Positions 63,786-64,000 of a stretch of 64,000 nucleotides of DNA are shown here, one piece after another (position 1 is the first letter of the stretch; the number at the start of each line of letters is the position of its first letter). Under the pieces are notes generated by a model that saw only the letters and a list, made by a program, of their open reading frames with translations, was not told where the DNA came from and did not search any database. Origin of the DNA: Carcharhinus amblyrhynchos (taxonomy: Eukaryota). The position numbers and the translations under genes are program-made. Location: NCBI GenBank assembly GCA_965287045.1, contig OZ336883.1:69812001-69876000 (forward strand), read 5' to 3'.

Positions 63786-64000
63786 GCATGTTTGTCTCAC
63801 TTCTCTGTTTTCTGTCAGTCAATTAAAAAACAGACGAGCTGGCATTAATACAGTACTTTTAATGCATCTCAGAGCATTTCACAGCCACAGTCTCAATGCC
63901 ATAAAGTAACTTTTAAGTGGCACCATAGCATATGCTTTTGGAAATCGAAGTACACTAGATCTGTTCACCTTTATCTCCCTGCTTTTTATATACTTGAGTA

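Overview
Repeat-rich vertebrate DNA, most likely a cartilaginous fish (shark): it is dense with HE1-like V-SINEs, CR1, Rex1/Babar, L2 and Penelope-like remnants. The only host gene I can support is the CpG-island promoter and first coding exon of a pecanex gene on the minus strand (37301-37149, best match PCNX1). Positions 1-37148 appear to be its first intron, with no exon 2 found, and 37.8-64 kb is upstream intergenic DNA. Most six-frame ORFs are chance ORFs or retroelement fragments. The most notable observation is a ~290-320 bp polyadenylated retroposon, present twice (39663-39948 and 59231-59551), that begins with the 5' end of U2 snRNA. It continues into a hairpin-rich body with further U2-like segments and an octamer motif, and is a candidate snRNA-headed SINE family. 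Other notable items are a young CR1 whose 3' UTR carries a multibranch fold and a captured V-SINE core, Penelope-type hammerhead ribozyme units with target-site duplications (TSDs), and uORFs plus a 92-bp duplication in the PCNX1 leader. Repeat family names come from recognition by eye, not database searches, and boundaries of old repeats are approximate.
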